35,516 nt of DNA from a virus (lineage: Duplodnaviria; Heunggongvirae; Uroviricota; Caudoviricetes). Under the pieces are notes generated by a model that searched no databases, was not told where the DNA came from, and saw only the letters and a list, made by a program, of their open reading frames with translations. Both the position numbers and the translations under genes were made by a program. Where the stretch lies: IMG/VR virus record IMGVR_UViG_3300037504_000227, positions 75,201 through 110,716 of that record; one strand, given 5' to 3'. Of this stretch, positions 24,156 to 33,011 are shown piece by piece. Within the stretch, counting starts at the first letter, position 1, and the number at the start of each line of letters is the position of its first letter.

Positions 24156-24832
24156 TGCCTGGACACAAGACCCACACAAAGATCGCATTCATAAGCGCAC
24201 CGGTTGTGGGATGGGGAGCATGGGCATTCCAGAACGGAATGTCAAGAGTCCTGGAAGAAATAGGGCAACGCCCTGAATCCTACAGGATGGACAATGCCCC
24301 TGCGATCATTGGGCGCTCTTTGCTGATCGCTGCTGGGTCTGTGTTCGGTGGAACGATGGGTAGCCCTGACCTGGACATTCCTTCTGCCCCGTACAACTCT
24401 TGGGGTCCGCTAAGGATACTGTGGCTTCCCTGGCAGGTGATGGTCAGACACAGATCGCCTGCCTCACACTGGCCTATGCTGGCTACGATGCTTAAGGCAA
24501 TCTACATCAACTTGGTGTTAATCCTGCTCGCCTTGCTAGTATCGCTGTTTTGGGATGTATCAGTGTGGACGTTCTTTCACTTGATGGGATGGGAGCATAC
24601 ACATGGCCTGTTAGTGTTGTGGATGGCAAAGCTGGTGTGGACTGTCGTGAAGTCGCCGCTATACTGGTTGTTTTTGACAGGGGACATCATCGGAATGGCA
24701 TTGCACGACGCGACAGACTTTCTTGACGGTCAACGTCGTAGACACCACCAAAAAGAGATGCCGCCTCTAGAAGATCCAGACGACGAACGCGAGAAGTCAT
24801 ACCGGGATAGACACAGGAGATACTATGACTAA
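24155..24832 (+). CDS. DUF2227-like putative metal-binding membrane protein
   Basis: MPGHKTH, SPDLD, WG.LR..W.PW, HRS..SH and H...D motifs, with TM segments. Confidence 0.72.
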   Translation: MPGHKTHTKIAFISAPVVGWGAWAFQNGMSRVLEEIGQRPESYRMDNAPAIIGRSLLIAAGSVFGGTMGSPDLDIPSAPYNSWGPLRILWLPWQVMVRHRSPASHWPMLATMLKAIYINLVLILLALLVSLFWDVSVWTFFHLMGWEHTHGLLVLWMAKLVWTVVKSPLYWLFLTGDIIGMALHDATDFLDGQRRRHHQKEMPPLEDPDDEREKSYRDRHRRYYD

Positions 24833-26237
24833 CAGGCACGACGCCCTGGAAAGAAGAATAAACATCATCGCTGGTGTGATCGAGGCTGTGTGTTTTAGTG
24901 AAGAGATTCCACTAATGATCCCAGAAGATGGTGCTGCCGTTCTGGGAGATCAGTGTCGCTTCTATGCCAAGAAGGCACGCGGGAAAGACCTGGATGCACT
25001 CAAAGCCCGTCTCAAGAAAACACAGTCAAACACATACCTGAAAGGGCACATTGCCAGTGACAGCAACCTAAAAAGACTGCGCAAGGACGTGTCAACCATC
25101 CTTGAGTGTGAGCTTGGGTGCCAGGTAGGAATCGGAGTCGGTAAGCAGAGCATTACCTTTGACTTCCGATTGTCAGACATTATGCACGGGGATTACTTCA
25201 TCCCTCTGAGCATTGCTGATCTACATATGGCGCCAAGGAAAAACAAGATCCCCATCGGTAAAACCTTGGAGGGAGACGTGATTGTGTGGTGTCCAGATGA
25301 TGGATACCATCACCACGTCCTGATTGCAGGGATGACAAGAAGCGGCAAGTCTACTCTGTGGAATACAATGATGTGGGGACTGGCGAACTCATACAGTCGT
25401 AGCGAGATGCAAATGATGCTGATGTCAGGGAAACCGGAGGATGTTGTGCTGTGGTCTGGGCTACCCCACCTAATCGCGCCTGTGACTACAACGCCTAAAG
25501 AGGCTCTGGCGATGATCTCCTGGGCTGAGGAAGAACGCAGGCGCAGAGCGGAGATCCCACACAAGGATAAAAACTTCTCGCGTCTCTTGATCTTTGTGGG
25601 CGAGATCCCATACTTTGCTGACAACTGTCCTCCTGAGTTCACGACAAATCTAGAGCGCCTTATGAAGCTGGGCGCATCAGAGAAGATTCATGTCGTGGTA
25701 ACAACCCAGTACCCGCGCTCTGACAGAGTAGGAAGCATCGACATCAAGACACAGTTCCCTCTAAGGATGTGCGGGATGGTCAACGATCCACAATCTGCCT
25801 ATGTGGCCCTCGGCGTCGGGGGCACCGGGGCAGAGCTTCTTCCCGGACGCGGCTCGTTTGTCACATCCAATGACGTTCGGTTCCAGGCTGCTTACTTCTG
25901 CGACGCCAAAGAACCAGCGCCAGCTATAAATTTAGTGAAACAGCTTCAGGCCCAGATGGGAACACCACAATATCAAGACGACATTCAAGAATACAACCAC
26001 GACGTTCAGGGGCAAACAATGACAGACGATGCCTGGGACGCAATGCAGAAGCTCATCTCAGTTGGGCGAGAAAAAACGTCGAAGAACGATCTCCAGGCAT
26101 TGATGGGATGGGGGTTCCCAAGGGCATCGCGGTGCTTCGAGACTCTGATTAAGAAGGGCGTAATCTCAGAGGACAGAGACGAGACAAGGAAGGCAGAAGT
26201 GTATCTAGATAAAGCGAAGGAGGAAGTCAATGCTTGA
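24825..26237 (+). CDS. FtsK/SpoIIIE/TraB-family ATPase with C-terminal gamma-like winged helix
   Basis: HVLIAGMTRSGKS Walker A; degenerate Walker B LIFVGE; GASEKIHVVVTTQYP; GAELLPGRG; LQALMGWGFPRASRCFETL. Confidence 0.87.
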   Translation: MTNRHDALERRINIIAGVIEAVCFSEEIPLMIPEDGAAVLGDQCRFYAKKARGKDLDALKARLKKTQSNTYLKGHIASDSNLKRLRKDVSTILECELGCQVGIGVGKQSITFDFRLSDIMHGDYFIPLSIADLHMAPRKNKIPIGKTLEGDVIVWCPDDGYHHHVLIAGMTRSGKSTLWNTMMWGLANSYSRSEMQMMLMSGKPEDVVLWSGLPHLIAPVTTTPKEALAMISWAEEERRRRAEIPHKDKNFSRLLIFVGEIPYFADNCPPEFTTNLERLMKLGASEKIHVVVTTQYPRSDRVGSIDIKTQFPLRMCGMVNDPQSAYVALGVGGTGAELLPGRGSFVTSNDVRFQAAYFCDAKEPAPAINLVKQLQAQMGTPQYQDDIQEYNHDVQGQTMTDDAWDAMQKLISVGREKTSKNDLQALMGWGFPRASRCFETLIKKGVISEDRDETRKAEVYLDKAKEEVNA

Positions 26238-26421
26238 AATCAACGGGATCTACATCATCGTCGTAGCAATCTTGTGGGCGCTGTCTCTAATTGGAGCGTT
26301 TGTTCTAGGGTTCCGCATTGGATTGTGGGGCAAGGTGCGCCAAAAAAGCGATGACATCATAGAGCAAGCGTCCAATGGTAATGGCAAGAAGTCTCGCAGG
26401 GTGAAGTTGAAGACGGCATGA
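26230..26421 (+). CDS. Single-TM membrane protein with a basic tail
   Basis: SD GGAGG; hydrophobic N-half. Confidence 0.62.
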   Translation: MLEINGIYIIVVAILWALSLIGAFVLGFRIGLWGKVRQKSDDIIEQASNGNGKKSRRVKLKTA

Positions 26422-26960
26422 TCGAGCCGCTTGTGATCCATCGTTCGGCTTGGGCAGCCGCCAAAGCCCTCAAGTACCCCACGCTTGCATTTATCGTCGT
26501 TTTGATATATACTGCATTCATGGCGCTCACAAGCGCTGTGGAGAAAGGGCTTTTGCTAGTTTGTGCTGGGCCTTGGTTCATCATATATGCTGTGGTGTTT
26601 TTCCTGGCAATTCTAGACTGGAGGGACGAGAAATATGAAGTAACTGAAGATGGGAAGTTCAAGGTGCACTATCGGAAATTGCTCCGAGTGCGCACCGAGG
26701 CTGAGGGAAACGTGAAGAACATCGAAAACATTAGAATCGTTCATCGTGGAGCAATGCAAAATGTGTTTCCCTATGGTGATATGTACGTGCAGGTGGGATG
26801 GGAAAAGAAAAAGTTTGTCCTTCGTGATGTCCCTCGCCCATCTAAAGCTAGAGAAGAGCTGCTCAAGCGGGTAGACCAAGCCAAGTCTGTCACGGAAGAG
26901 CAGGAACAAAGCACAGAGGTTTTGGATGAACTGTTACAAATGTTAGAGGAGACAGAATAG
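26418..26960 (+). CDS. Membrane-flanked bacterial PH domain protein (bPH_2/YdbS-like)
   Basis: 2 TM, then W...KYEVT...IENIRI...VFPYGD...V....F..VP.P. Confidence 0.7.
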   Translation: MIEPLVIHRSAWAAAKALKYPTLAFIVVLIYTAFMALTSAVEKGLLLVCAGPWFIIYAVVFFLAILDWRDEKYEVTEDGKFKVHYRKLLRVRTEAEGNVKNIENIRIVHRGAMQNVFPYGDMYVQVGWEKKKFVLRDVPRPSKAREELLKRVDQAKSVTEEQEQSTEVLDELLQMLEETE

Positions 26961-27145
26961 TGAAAATCACAATTGAGGATCAGTATGAATTCCACCTGAC
27001 GAAAGACGAAATGGTAGAGCTGGCAGACAGATACGGACTCCTGCGCGACCATCGACTTAGGGCCTTGTTGCTTGACGACCCAGAGGGCGACACTTGGCCT
27101 GGAAGGCCGGTGACCCTGACATTCACTGGACAGTATGTGGAATAG
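26960..27145 (+). CDS. Hypothetical protein
   Basis: GTG coupled to the upstream TAG; SD GGAG; ends just before the terminator. Confidence 0.55.
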   Translation: MKITIEDQYEFHLTKDEMVELADRYGLLRDHRLRALLLDDPEGDTWPGRPVTLTFTGQYVE

Positions 27146-27177
27146 AAAAAGCCCCCGAAAGGGGGCTTCTTCGTTTT
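27146..27177. terminator. Bidirectional intrinsic terminator
   Basis: AAAAAGCCCCC-GAAA-GGGGGCTTCTTCGTTTT between convergent operons. Confidence 0.88.
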
Positions 27178-27189
27178 ACAGCAGGCTTG

Positions 27190-28257
27190 CTACAGATGCA
27201 TTGGCATTATGATATGCCACAGGGCAGGGAACTCAGAGCACCTAACCTGAAGTGGTGTATTCTCCCCATTGCATCCCAGATAGACCTCCCCCTTCATTAC
27301 CTTGAGAGCGTCAACCAAATACTCTCCATTTAGCCCGACACGTACATCCTCGCCCTCTACTTCAGCCGGGACAAACGACACACCCTCCCCTGTGTCTGCC
27401 CACCCGCGCACAGATAGGCCGTCCTGAGTCACATTAATGATAACTACATTCTGGTAATCTGAGGCAAACAGCATCGCCGCCTCTACAGCGCTAGCAAAGG
27501 TTTCACGCTCCTGCACAGTGATGTTGATGTTGCTATCTCCACGCGCCTTGCTAACATTCGGATAATTGCCTGCCAGTAGATTGCTGAACATCCAACATTC
27601 ATCGCCCACAAACAAGAGCGAGTTTCCAACTGCCTGCAGTTCAATATCATCTGTCCTGGCATACTTCCAATTCACCAACGCCGCAGATGGAATGTTGGCT
27701 TCACCATCGCCGTAGTCGGCGAACGTTTCGTCCATCGAGGCACGAGTGCCATCCGCGCCACTAATCGTAACACGTCCCCCTTCTACCTTAACATTAATTG
27801 ATTCTAGGATAGGCATTGGGTTTTCCTTGTCGATAGTAGACAGGATATGCCGAACTCTCCTCTGAAACTCGTCATTGCTCATACGCAAGATTGTCTCGCC
27901 CCCCTCGATGTCTGGGAGAGGGAAATCACCGCCAGAGATTGGCAGCGCCATTTCAAAACTGCCACACGAAAACTTCAACTCGCTATCCGTGCTAACGATC
28001 TCGACCTCTCCATCAACTAGATTTACCCAATCGCGCAACTTCTTTGCACTAACTGCCGCTTCGCCTTCCTCTACAACATCACAATCAGAAATCGACTGCG
28101 CCCAAGTGTGACCATTTGTGCCAATGATCTGTAACGCACCATCTGCCGCAGAGAGAAAGAGTGCCTTGTAGATAGGCAAAGTGGAACGTGAAGGCGAAGT
28201 CCGATACGGGCATGCGATTGTGTCAGCCAAAACGTCAGCATTAACTTTAACTCTCAT
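27190..28257 (-). CDS. dnaN: DNA polymerase III beta sliding clamp
   Basis: 355 aa; IGTNG, GDFP, PILE.I, GADGTR, L.G.YP, GLNGEYL.DAL, IMPMHL. Confidence 0.92.
   Translation of the reverse strand: MRVKVNADVLADTIACPYRTSPSRSTLPIYKALFLSAADGALQIIGTNGHTWAQSISDCDVVEEGEAAVSAKKLRDWVNLVDGEVEIVSTDSELKFSCGSFEMALPISGGDFPLPDIEGGETILRMSNDEFQRRVRHILSTIDKENPMPILESINVKVEGGRVTISGADGTRASMDETFADYGDGEANIPSAALVNWKYARTDDIELQAVGNSLLFVGDECWMFSNLLAGNYPNVSKARGDSNINITVQERETFASAVEAAMLFASDYQNVVIINVTQDGLSVRGWADTGEGVSFVPAEVEGEDVRVGLNGEYLVDALKVMKGEVYLGCNGENTPLQVRCSEFPALWHIIMPMHL
28241..28250. repeat. Dispersed motif TTAACTTTAA at the upstream stop / dnaN start
   Basis: Exact copy; 19/20-bp identity with the 33011 site including flanks. 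Confidence 0.8.
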
Positions 28258-28423
28258 TTGAAAATGCCTCCTTTAGCAAACCAGCAGCAGTGCCTTTCCC
28301 TGTACTGCGCCAGATACGTGCAATCCTCTCGATTAGGTATACAATTAACCCTATGACATCAATTGCTGTTAACCGAGCTAGTCCATCAGCCAACTCATCC
28401 ATCTTATTGTACCACTCAATCAT
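28247..28423 (-). CDS. Hypothetical protein
   Basis: ATGA coupling; SD GGAGG. Confidence 0.55.
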   Translation of the reverse strand: MIEWYNKMDELADGLARLTAIDVIGLIVYLIERIARIWRSTGKGTAAGLLKEAFSNES

Positions 28424-28674
28424 CTCAAGCCTCCCTTCCACTGATTGTACGCATTCACTAACTCCTGTGCCGGGATAATCTGTCCCAGCCTGCGATTTGC
28501 CATCCCGTCCAAGGAAGACGACAGAGCCTCTGCATACTGAACGAGATCCACAACCCAAGGATAGCAAACTGTCCCCACGACTGTTTGTTTGCCTGTTTTG
28601 TCACAAATGCCCGTCTTGAGCAGAGGGCAATTCCGTGAGCAAAAGGCAATCCCGCCATTGATCTTAGGCTTCAC
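28420..28674 (-). CDS. Cys-rich hypothetical protein
   Basis: C...CP.....C.........C pattern; SD GGAGG. Confidence 0.6.
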   Translation of the reverse strand: MKPKINGGIAFCSRNCPLLKTGICDKTGKQTVVGTVCYPWVVDLVQYAEALSSSLDGMANRRLGQIIPAQELVNAYNQWKGGLR

Positions 28675-29395
28675 CTTCTTCCTCCATTCTTGACAACGTT
28701 CTACTTACGTGACTCTCGGAACAACCAACCTCAAGTGCAATCTTGGCTTGCGTCCACTTAGGATGCTTGGACGCAAGATAAACAATTGCCTCTTGCTTAC
28801 TCATCTTGTCTAAGTCAACTTTTGATTCCTCTTTCTTGTCTGGCTTAGGTTTTTCTTCATCGCCGCTCTTGATTTCTGCAAGAAGCTGTTGTTTCCTGGG
28901 CAAGTATTTCTTGCGGCTGTAAGGTGAAATTCCTGACAGAATCATCTCGTCAACCCGCTCCCTGTGAACCTTGCGCATCGACAATACAAACACGCCTGTC
29001 GCGCTCAGGGCAGGGAAGATCAGCAAAGCCCAATCCTGAAACTCATTGGGCGGCTCAAGGAAGACTGTAATTAAGATCACAGCAATGAAATACACCACGA
29101 CCATCCATCGCGCTGCCTTCTCTGGCGCTTTTCTCGGCTCATCCTCTGCAATGGTTCTGTTATGTTCTGAGAACTCCATAGCTGTACTGATCGCGCTGAA
29201 TCCCAACAACTCAACGACCGCCGCTGCGATCCAGGCTATCCAGGACTTAAAGTTAAGGCTGGACACAAGCGATCTCTGGACAACGTATGCTGTGGGCATA
29301 GGTGCAATCCAAGGCGAGAACCTGGCCGCGATGTCGGCGGCGAATGTCTCTAGCGCCTCTAGTGCCCTAACGAATCTTTGTAGCAACCGAATCAC
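28664..29395 (-). CDS. Multi-pass membrane protein with C-terminal HTH (SpdB/DUF2637-like architecture)
   Basis: About 4 TM segments, a charged linker, HTH WTQAKIALEVGCSESHVSRTL. Confidence 0.68.
   Translation of the reverse strand: MIRLLQRFVRALEALETFAADIAARFSPWIAPMPTAYVVQRSLVSSLNFKSWIAWIAAAVVELLGFSAISTAMEFSEHNRTIAEDEPRKAPEKAARWMVVVYFIAVILITVFLEPPNEFQDWALLIFPALSATGVFVLSMRKVHRERVDEMILSGISPYSRKKYLPRKQQLLAEIKSGDEEKPKPDKKEESKVDLDKMSKQEAIVYLASKHPKWTQAKIALEVGCSESHVSRTLSRMEEEGEA
29247..29256. repeat. Dispersed motif (TTAAAGTTAA on +)
   Basis: Exact copy inside the membrane-HTH gene. Confidence 0.8.
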
Positions 29396-30270
29396 TTGTA
29401 TCTCCTTAGCACTTTCTCGATGTCACTCACAAGATCATCGACCTCCCTTGGCCTGCGCACAGCACTTGAGAGATCCCCATAATGACACTCAAGACAGTCA
29501 ATCAACAGATCCTTAAGCGCAAGCTCGTCAGGCTCGTATCGCAAGTCGCTTGTGTGATATAACTCCTCAAGGGCAGACTCCTTTTGTGCGAACCAGTCTC
29601 TAACCCTCTGCTCTGTCCATTCTCCACGCCGGATCGCCTTGAGCATATCTGAATGCTGACGCAGATCTATATCCTTCTCTGCGAGAATCTGCTCTGCCTC
29701 AAGGACCAAGCGAACTGTATGATAGGCAAACTTGATGTCATATCCGTATTCCTGTACCATCTCGTATCGCTTGCTTTTCTTGGTTTTACCCTTCAGCCTA
29801 GACAACTGGCTATAAGCATACCCGCGAAAGCGATGGAAAGCCCCCTTGTGCAAGAACAGACTTCGGTTGTCGCGCACCATTTGCCCCACCTGTGTACTAT
29901 GCAGAACGCAATCGTGTGGGACAAAAAGACTGTCGATCATGTTGGGATTGTTATCCATGCAAAGCTGGAAATACTTGACGATAGAGTAGATTGACAGATC
30001 ATACTCACGCTCCCCGTCTACGATGTGATGTTGCTGGTATTGCTCGAAGCGCTTTTTCTGCTTGCCAAACCCAAGGATGTCGCCTGCCAGATGAGGGAAA
30101 ACAACCTCTTTGGGCGGAATGGCGAAGCCGTACACATCGAAGTCGCTGTCATCTGTTGCTACACCATAAGCCACACTCCCCATCCACACTTCGTACATCG
30201 TGTTGTCAGGGAGCCAGTCAGGGGGAGAGGCAAGCCCTTTTCCAGTCAGCTTTTTGGTTACACTAGCCAT
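29392..30270 (-). CDS. Pol-beta superfamily nucleotidyltransferase (RlaP-like)
   Basis: GSVAYG...DSDFDVYG signature; NPNMIDSL; Y..K.A.H..RL. Confidence 0.87.
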   Translation of the reverse strand: MASVTKKLTGKGLASPPDWLPDNTMYEVWMGSVAYGVATDDSDFDVYGFAIPPKEVVFPHLAGDILGFGKQKKRFEQYQQHHIVDGEREYDLSIYSIVKYFQLCMDNNPNMIDSLFVPHDCVLHSTQVGQMVRDNRSLFLHKGAFHRFRGYAYSQLSRLKGKTKKSKRYEMVQEYGYDIKFAYHTVRLVLEAEQILAEKDIDLRQHSDMLKAIRRGEWTEQRVRDWFAQKESALEELYHTSDLRYEPDELALKDLLIDCLECHYGDLSSAVRRPREVDDLVSDIEKVLRRYK

Positions 30271-30487
30271 TCTTCTCTCCTACCCACAGGTGCTTAGGGG
30301 TGATCGACTTGTTCTCCACAACCTCTATCTTTACATCTAGATCGTCAAAGTCAGGATGGTTGATGTGCGCCACCTCTGGATCTTCACCGTGCTTCTGCTT
30401 GTAATGAAGGATTGCACGTTCAACGTTCTGTTTCAGCGTCCCGCTTTGGCAAAACCACATCAGCCCTTCTCTATCGAGCATTGACAA
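30263..30487 (-). CDS. Hypothetical protein
   Basis: LMWF...VERA..HY.QKHG..P...H...K.I.P.HLWVG; family recalled from Anaerolineae genomes. Confidence 0.65.
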   Translation of the reverse strand: MSMLDREGLMWFCQSGTLKQNVERAILHYKQKHGEDPEVAHINHPDFDDLDVKIEVVENKSITPKHLWVGEKNG

Positions 30488-30680
30488 CCTCGACTAGAGG
30501 AACAAGCACTTGACCGTCATCGCTGTAGCAATATCCCACATCAAGAACCTCTGTGGACCCATCAAACCCTGCCATTTTACAAACCTTATTGTATGTGAAC
30601 CCTTCGCCCATATACCAGAACATTACGGCAACCATAACGCACAGAACCAACAAGCCGATCCGCTCACTCCAATTATCCAT
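30471..30680 (-). CDS. Small membrane protein, paralogue B2
   Basis: TM + C..AGFDG.......YCY..DG. Confidence 0.62.
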   Translation of the reverse strand: MDNWSERIGLLVLCVMVAVMFWYMGEGFTYNKVCKMAGFDGSTEVLDVGYCYSDDGQVLVPLVEVVNAR

Positions 30681-30682
30681 GT

Positions 30683-30874
30683 CTAACCTCCTCTATACTC
30701 TACGCCTAACTCTCTAGCAAGCCTCTTCAAAACATATTCGTGATTCCTAGACTCAATCTGCCGTCGCCCGTGCGTATTGTGGTGGCGACGGAGTTGCTTT
30801 TCTCCGATCTCTTTACAGCTACAAGTTTCGATTTCCCCTCCGCACGCTAGGCATTTCGTCACTGTGGCCTCCAT
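30683..30874 (-). CDS. Small Zn-finger-like protein
   Basis: CLAC...C.C; start uncertain (ATG 30874 or GTG 30862). Confidence 0.55.
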   Translation of the reverse strand: MEATVTKCLACGGEIETCSCKEIGEKQLRRHHNTHGRRQIESRNHEYVLKRLARELGVEYRGG

Positions 30875-30881
30875 TATACCA
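30873..30881 (-). promoter_or_regulatory. Possible extended -10 promoter (TGGTATAAT)
   Basis: Same 9-mer as the C5-methylase promoter; no good -35; repeat motif just upstream. Confidence 0.35.
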
Positions 30882-30901
30882 TATAATCATCGTCGCCGAC
30901 C

Positions 30902-30911
30902 TTAAAGTTAA
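30902..30911. repeat. Dispersed motif (TTAAAGTTAA on +) at the stop of 30908-31339
   Basis: Exact copy containing the TAA stop. Confidence 0.8.
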
Positions 30912-31339
30912 CCCGACTCAAGCTCCCTGTATGCTTCCAAGGCGCTTCCGTATCCACCATCATTCCTGTATGCAATCTCATTGGCAATTGCTAGCAGCAG
31001 CGCAGCCTCACATCGGTGCTCTTCATAGCAGTAGTAAATAGCAGACAACGCATTAATAATATGGTGCAAGTAATGGACGCCAACGCGCTTTCTTATTTCA
31101 CTTCCAGTCATGCCCGCAATCATGAAAGTGTCATCTTTGTTTTCTTTAACCCATGGACCAAGTTCGCTTTTTTGGCCAACCATCGCCCGAATGCGCGCAG
31201 TGAAGAACCACTTAATTCTACAAACTTCTGTGTCGAGATGGTCAATGTCAGGCCCCCTAATGGCAGACAGAATATGGTAGAACTCTTCATCATTGACCAA
31301 AACAGCCAGCGCCCTTTTCTTCTCTTCGTTATTCATCAC
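30908..31339 (-). CDS. Hypothetical protein, paralogue A2
   Basis: SAIRGPD...FTARIRAMVG...VGVHYLHH. Confidence 0.72.
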   Translation of the reverse strand: MMNNEEKKRALAVLVNDEEFYHILSAIRGPDIDHLDTEVCRIKWFFTARIRAMVGQKSELGPWVKENKDDTFMIAGMTGSEIRKRVGVHYLHHIINALSAIYYCYEEHRCEAALLLAIANEIAYRNDGGYGSALEAYRELESG

Positions 31340-31572
31340 TCCGCCTCCTTGATAAGCAATCCCAGAGAGAACATTTCCCTATCAACGCCATCGCCTTGGT
31401 AGCAGAACATCACGCCATCAGAGCGAATCGCGCCATCGTATCCAGCACTCTCGCACGCACGCCACACAGCATCGTTAGATTCACTGGTGCCCCAACTATG
31501 CCCCACGCCAAAAGAAAAAATCATCATGGCGAGCACCGCGATGAAGATCAACACAATCTTGCTATCGTCCAC
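31336..31572 (-). CDS. Small membrane protein, paralogue B1
   Basis: SD GGAGG and GTG 31572; TM + C..AGYDG.......FCY..DG. Confidence 0.62.
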   Translation of the reverse strand: MDDSKIVLIFIAVLAMMIFSFGVGHSWGTSESNDAVWRACESAGYDGAIRSDGVMFCYQGDGVDREMFSLGLLIKEAE

Positions 31573-31987
31573 TTTGTTCCTCCCATTCCATATATTTGTC
31601 CAAAACCTTAACATACTCATTGTTGCGTCGATGGGCAATGGCCCAAGCGATCCTGTACAAACACATCGCCTCTTCATCGTGCTCAGGGAAAATGTTGCCA
31701 ATCTTATGCAGCGCACTGCCAACGTGATCAAAGTAGTGCACCCCCACAATCTCGCAGATTCGATTCGCTGGGACATTCGGGATGCTGTTGTGCCACTTGA
31801 CATCACGAGTCAACACAAGAACCTCTGCGTCCATCCCGATCATCGACCGAAGGCGCGCAGTGAACAAATTCTTCACGGCATACACAACATCAGGTGGTTC
31901 AGAGGCATCTGGACCTCTGAGGGCCGTAGCGATGACGTATGCCTGCCAGCTATCCGCGACGGCTTGAATCAACTCTTTTTCATCCAT
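31562..31987 (-). CDS. Hypothetical protein, paralogue A1
   Basis: TALRGPD...FTARLRSMIG...VGVHYFDH. Confidence 0.72.
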   Translation of the reverse strand: MDEKELIQAVADSWQAYVIATALRGPDASEPPDVVYAVKNLFTARLRSMIGMDAEVLVLTRDVKWHNSIPNVPANRICEIVGVHYFDHVGSALHKIGNIFPEHDEEAMCLYRIAWAIAHRRNNEYVKVLDKYMEWEEQSGR

Positions 31988-32243
31988 TGTTGCTCTCCTT
32001 TAGGGGATGATCTTGCACTATTGGATATTCATCCCCCACGCCAATTTTTGCCTGTTCTAGTTCATCAGCGCAGATAAGGTAAGCCACTCCACAATTTGAG
32101 CATGAAAACACAGTCGTTCCGAACCCGGAAATCAAGGTGCGCCCCTGTCTCTCTCCTGTTTTGCACACAGGGCATCCATATGCCTCGTAGTCCGAGAAAC
32201 TAATAGCCATTTTGCTTGTAGGTTGCGGCCCCCATTTACCCAT
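31980..32243 (-). CDS. Zn-ribbon protein
   Basis: CPVC...CSNC. Confidence 0.6.
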   Translation of the reverse strand: MGKWGPQPTSKMAISFSDYEAYGCPVCKTGERQGRTLISGFGTTVFSCSNCGVAYLICADELEQAKIGVGDEYPIVQDHPLKESNNG

Positions 32244-32682
32244 TTTGCACCCCTTTCTCCCATTCAGCAATCGAGCCAGGAACCATCACAAACAGCGGAT
32301 GCACCAAGGGCTCAGACCAGTCAATCTGACCCAGCCATTCAGGATCACGCTCTTTCAGCTTGTCGATTAGATGCCCAAGCTCAAAGTAAAACTGCCCAGA
32401 AGTCACTGTCATTCTGTGAGCCGGGTCAGCTTCGTACTGGATCAAATCACGATTATAGTTGTATCCGCGACGGACGGCCTCTACCCAAATCCAATGTAGA
32501 TATGTCCCAATCATTTCAGGACGATCCTTGAAGCGAATGAGTTGGGGATGATTGGAATATCCAACATTTTCTTCATCGCTCTCTAGCCTTTTAAGAATGG
32601 CCTGTGCTCCAAGCCCCTCACGCCATACGGCGTTCAGTCCCAGGTAATCCAGCAGCGACGGATGCAGACTCCAAAGTCTCAC
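32236..32682 (-). CDS. Pyrimidine dimer DNA glycosylase / endonuclease V-like
   Basis: MRLWSLHP..LD..GL.A.WRE.L.AQ...GY.NHPQL.RF signature. Confidence 0.88.
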   Translation of the reverse strand: MRLWSLHPSLLDYLGLNAVWREGLGAQAILKRLESDEENVGYSNHPQLIRFKDRPEMIGTYLHWIWVEAVRRGYNYNRDLIQYEADPAHRMTVTSGQFYFELGHLIDKLKERDPEWLGQIDWSEPLVHPLFVMVPGSIAEWEKGVQNG

Positions 32683-33011
32683 TCTTGCACCTCCTCAATA
32701 CGCCCACACAGTTCATCGAATGGCAAGTTCCTCTCTAGTGCTTCCTTCACTATATCATGCACGCACCGATCTGCAAGTGACATCTGTCCTGTTTCTGAGG
32801 TGACACCTCTCCACCCATCTTGGCCGCTATCGAAGAAGTCCTTGCGCACGCTCAGGTAATGCTCTGTATCCTCAAGCTCAAGAACCTCCAAGAGTGTAGA
32901 GATTGCTGCTGTGACCGCAACCCTATCCGGTGAATTCTCGAATGGAGCGCAATCATCCAGCGCCTCAAGATATTTGTCCATCAACTCGCAGATCTCTCCA
33001 GGTGACAACAT
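32679..33011 (-). CDS. Hypothetical protein
   Basis: SD GGAG; ATGA coupling to the downstream gene. Confidence 0.65.
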   Translation of the reverse strand: MLSPGEICELMDKYLEALDDCAPFENSPDRVAVTAAISTLLEVLELEDTEHYLSVRKDFFDSGQDGWRGVTSETGQMSLADRCVHDIVKEALERNLPFDELCGRIEEVQE

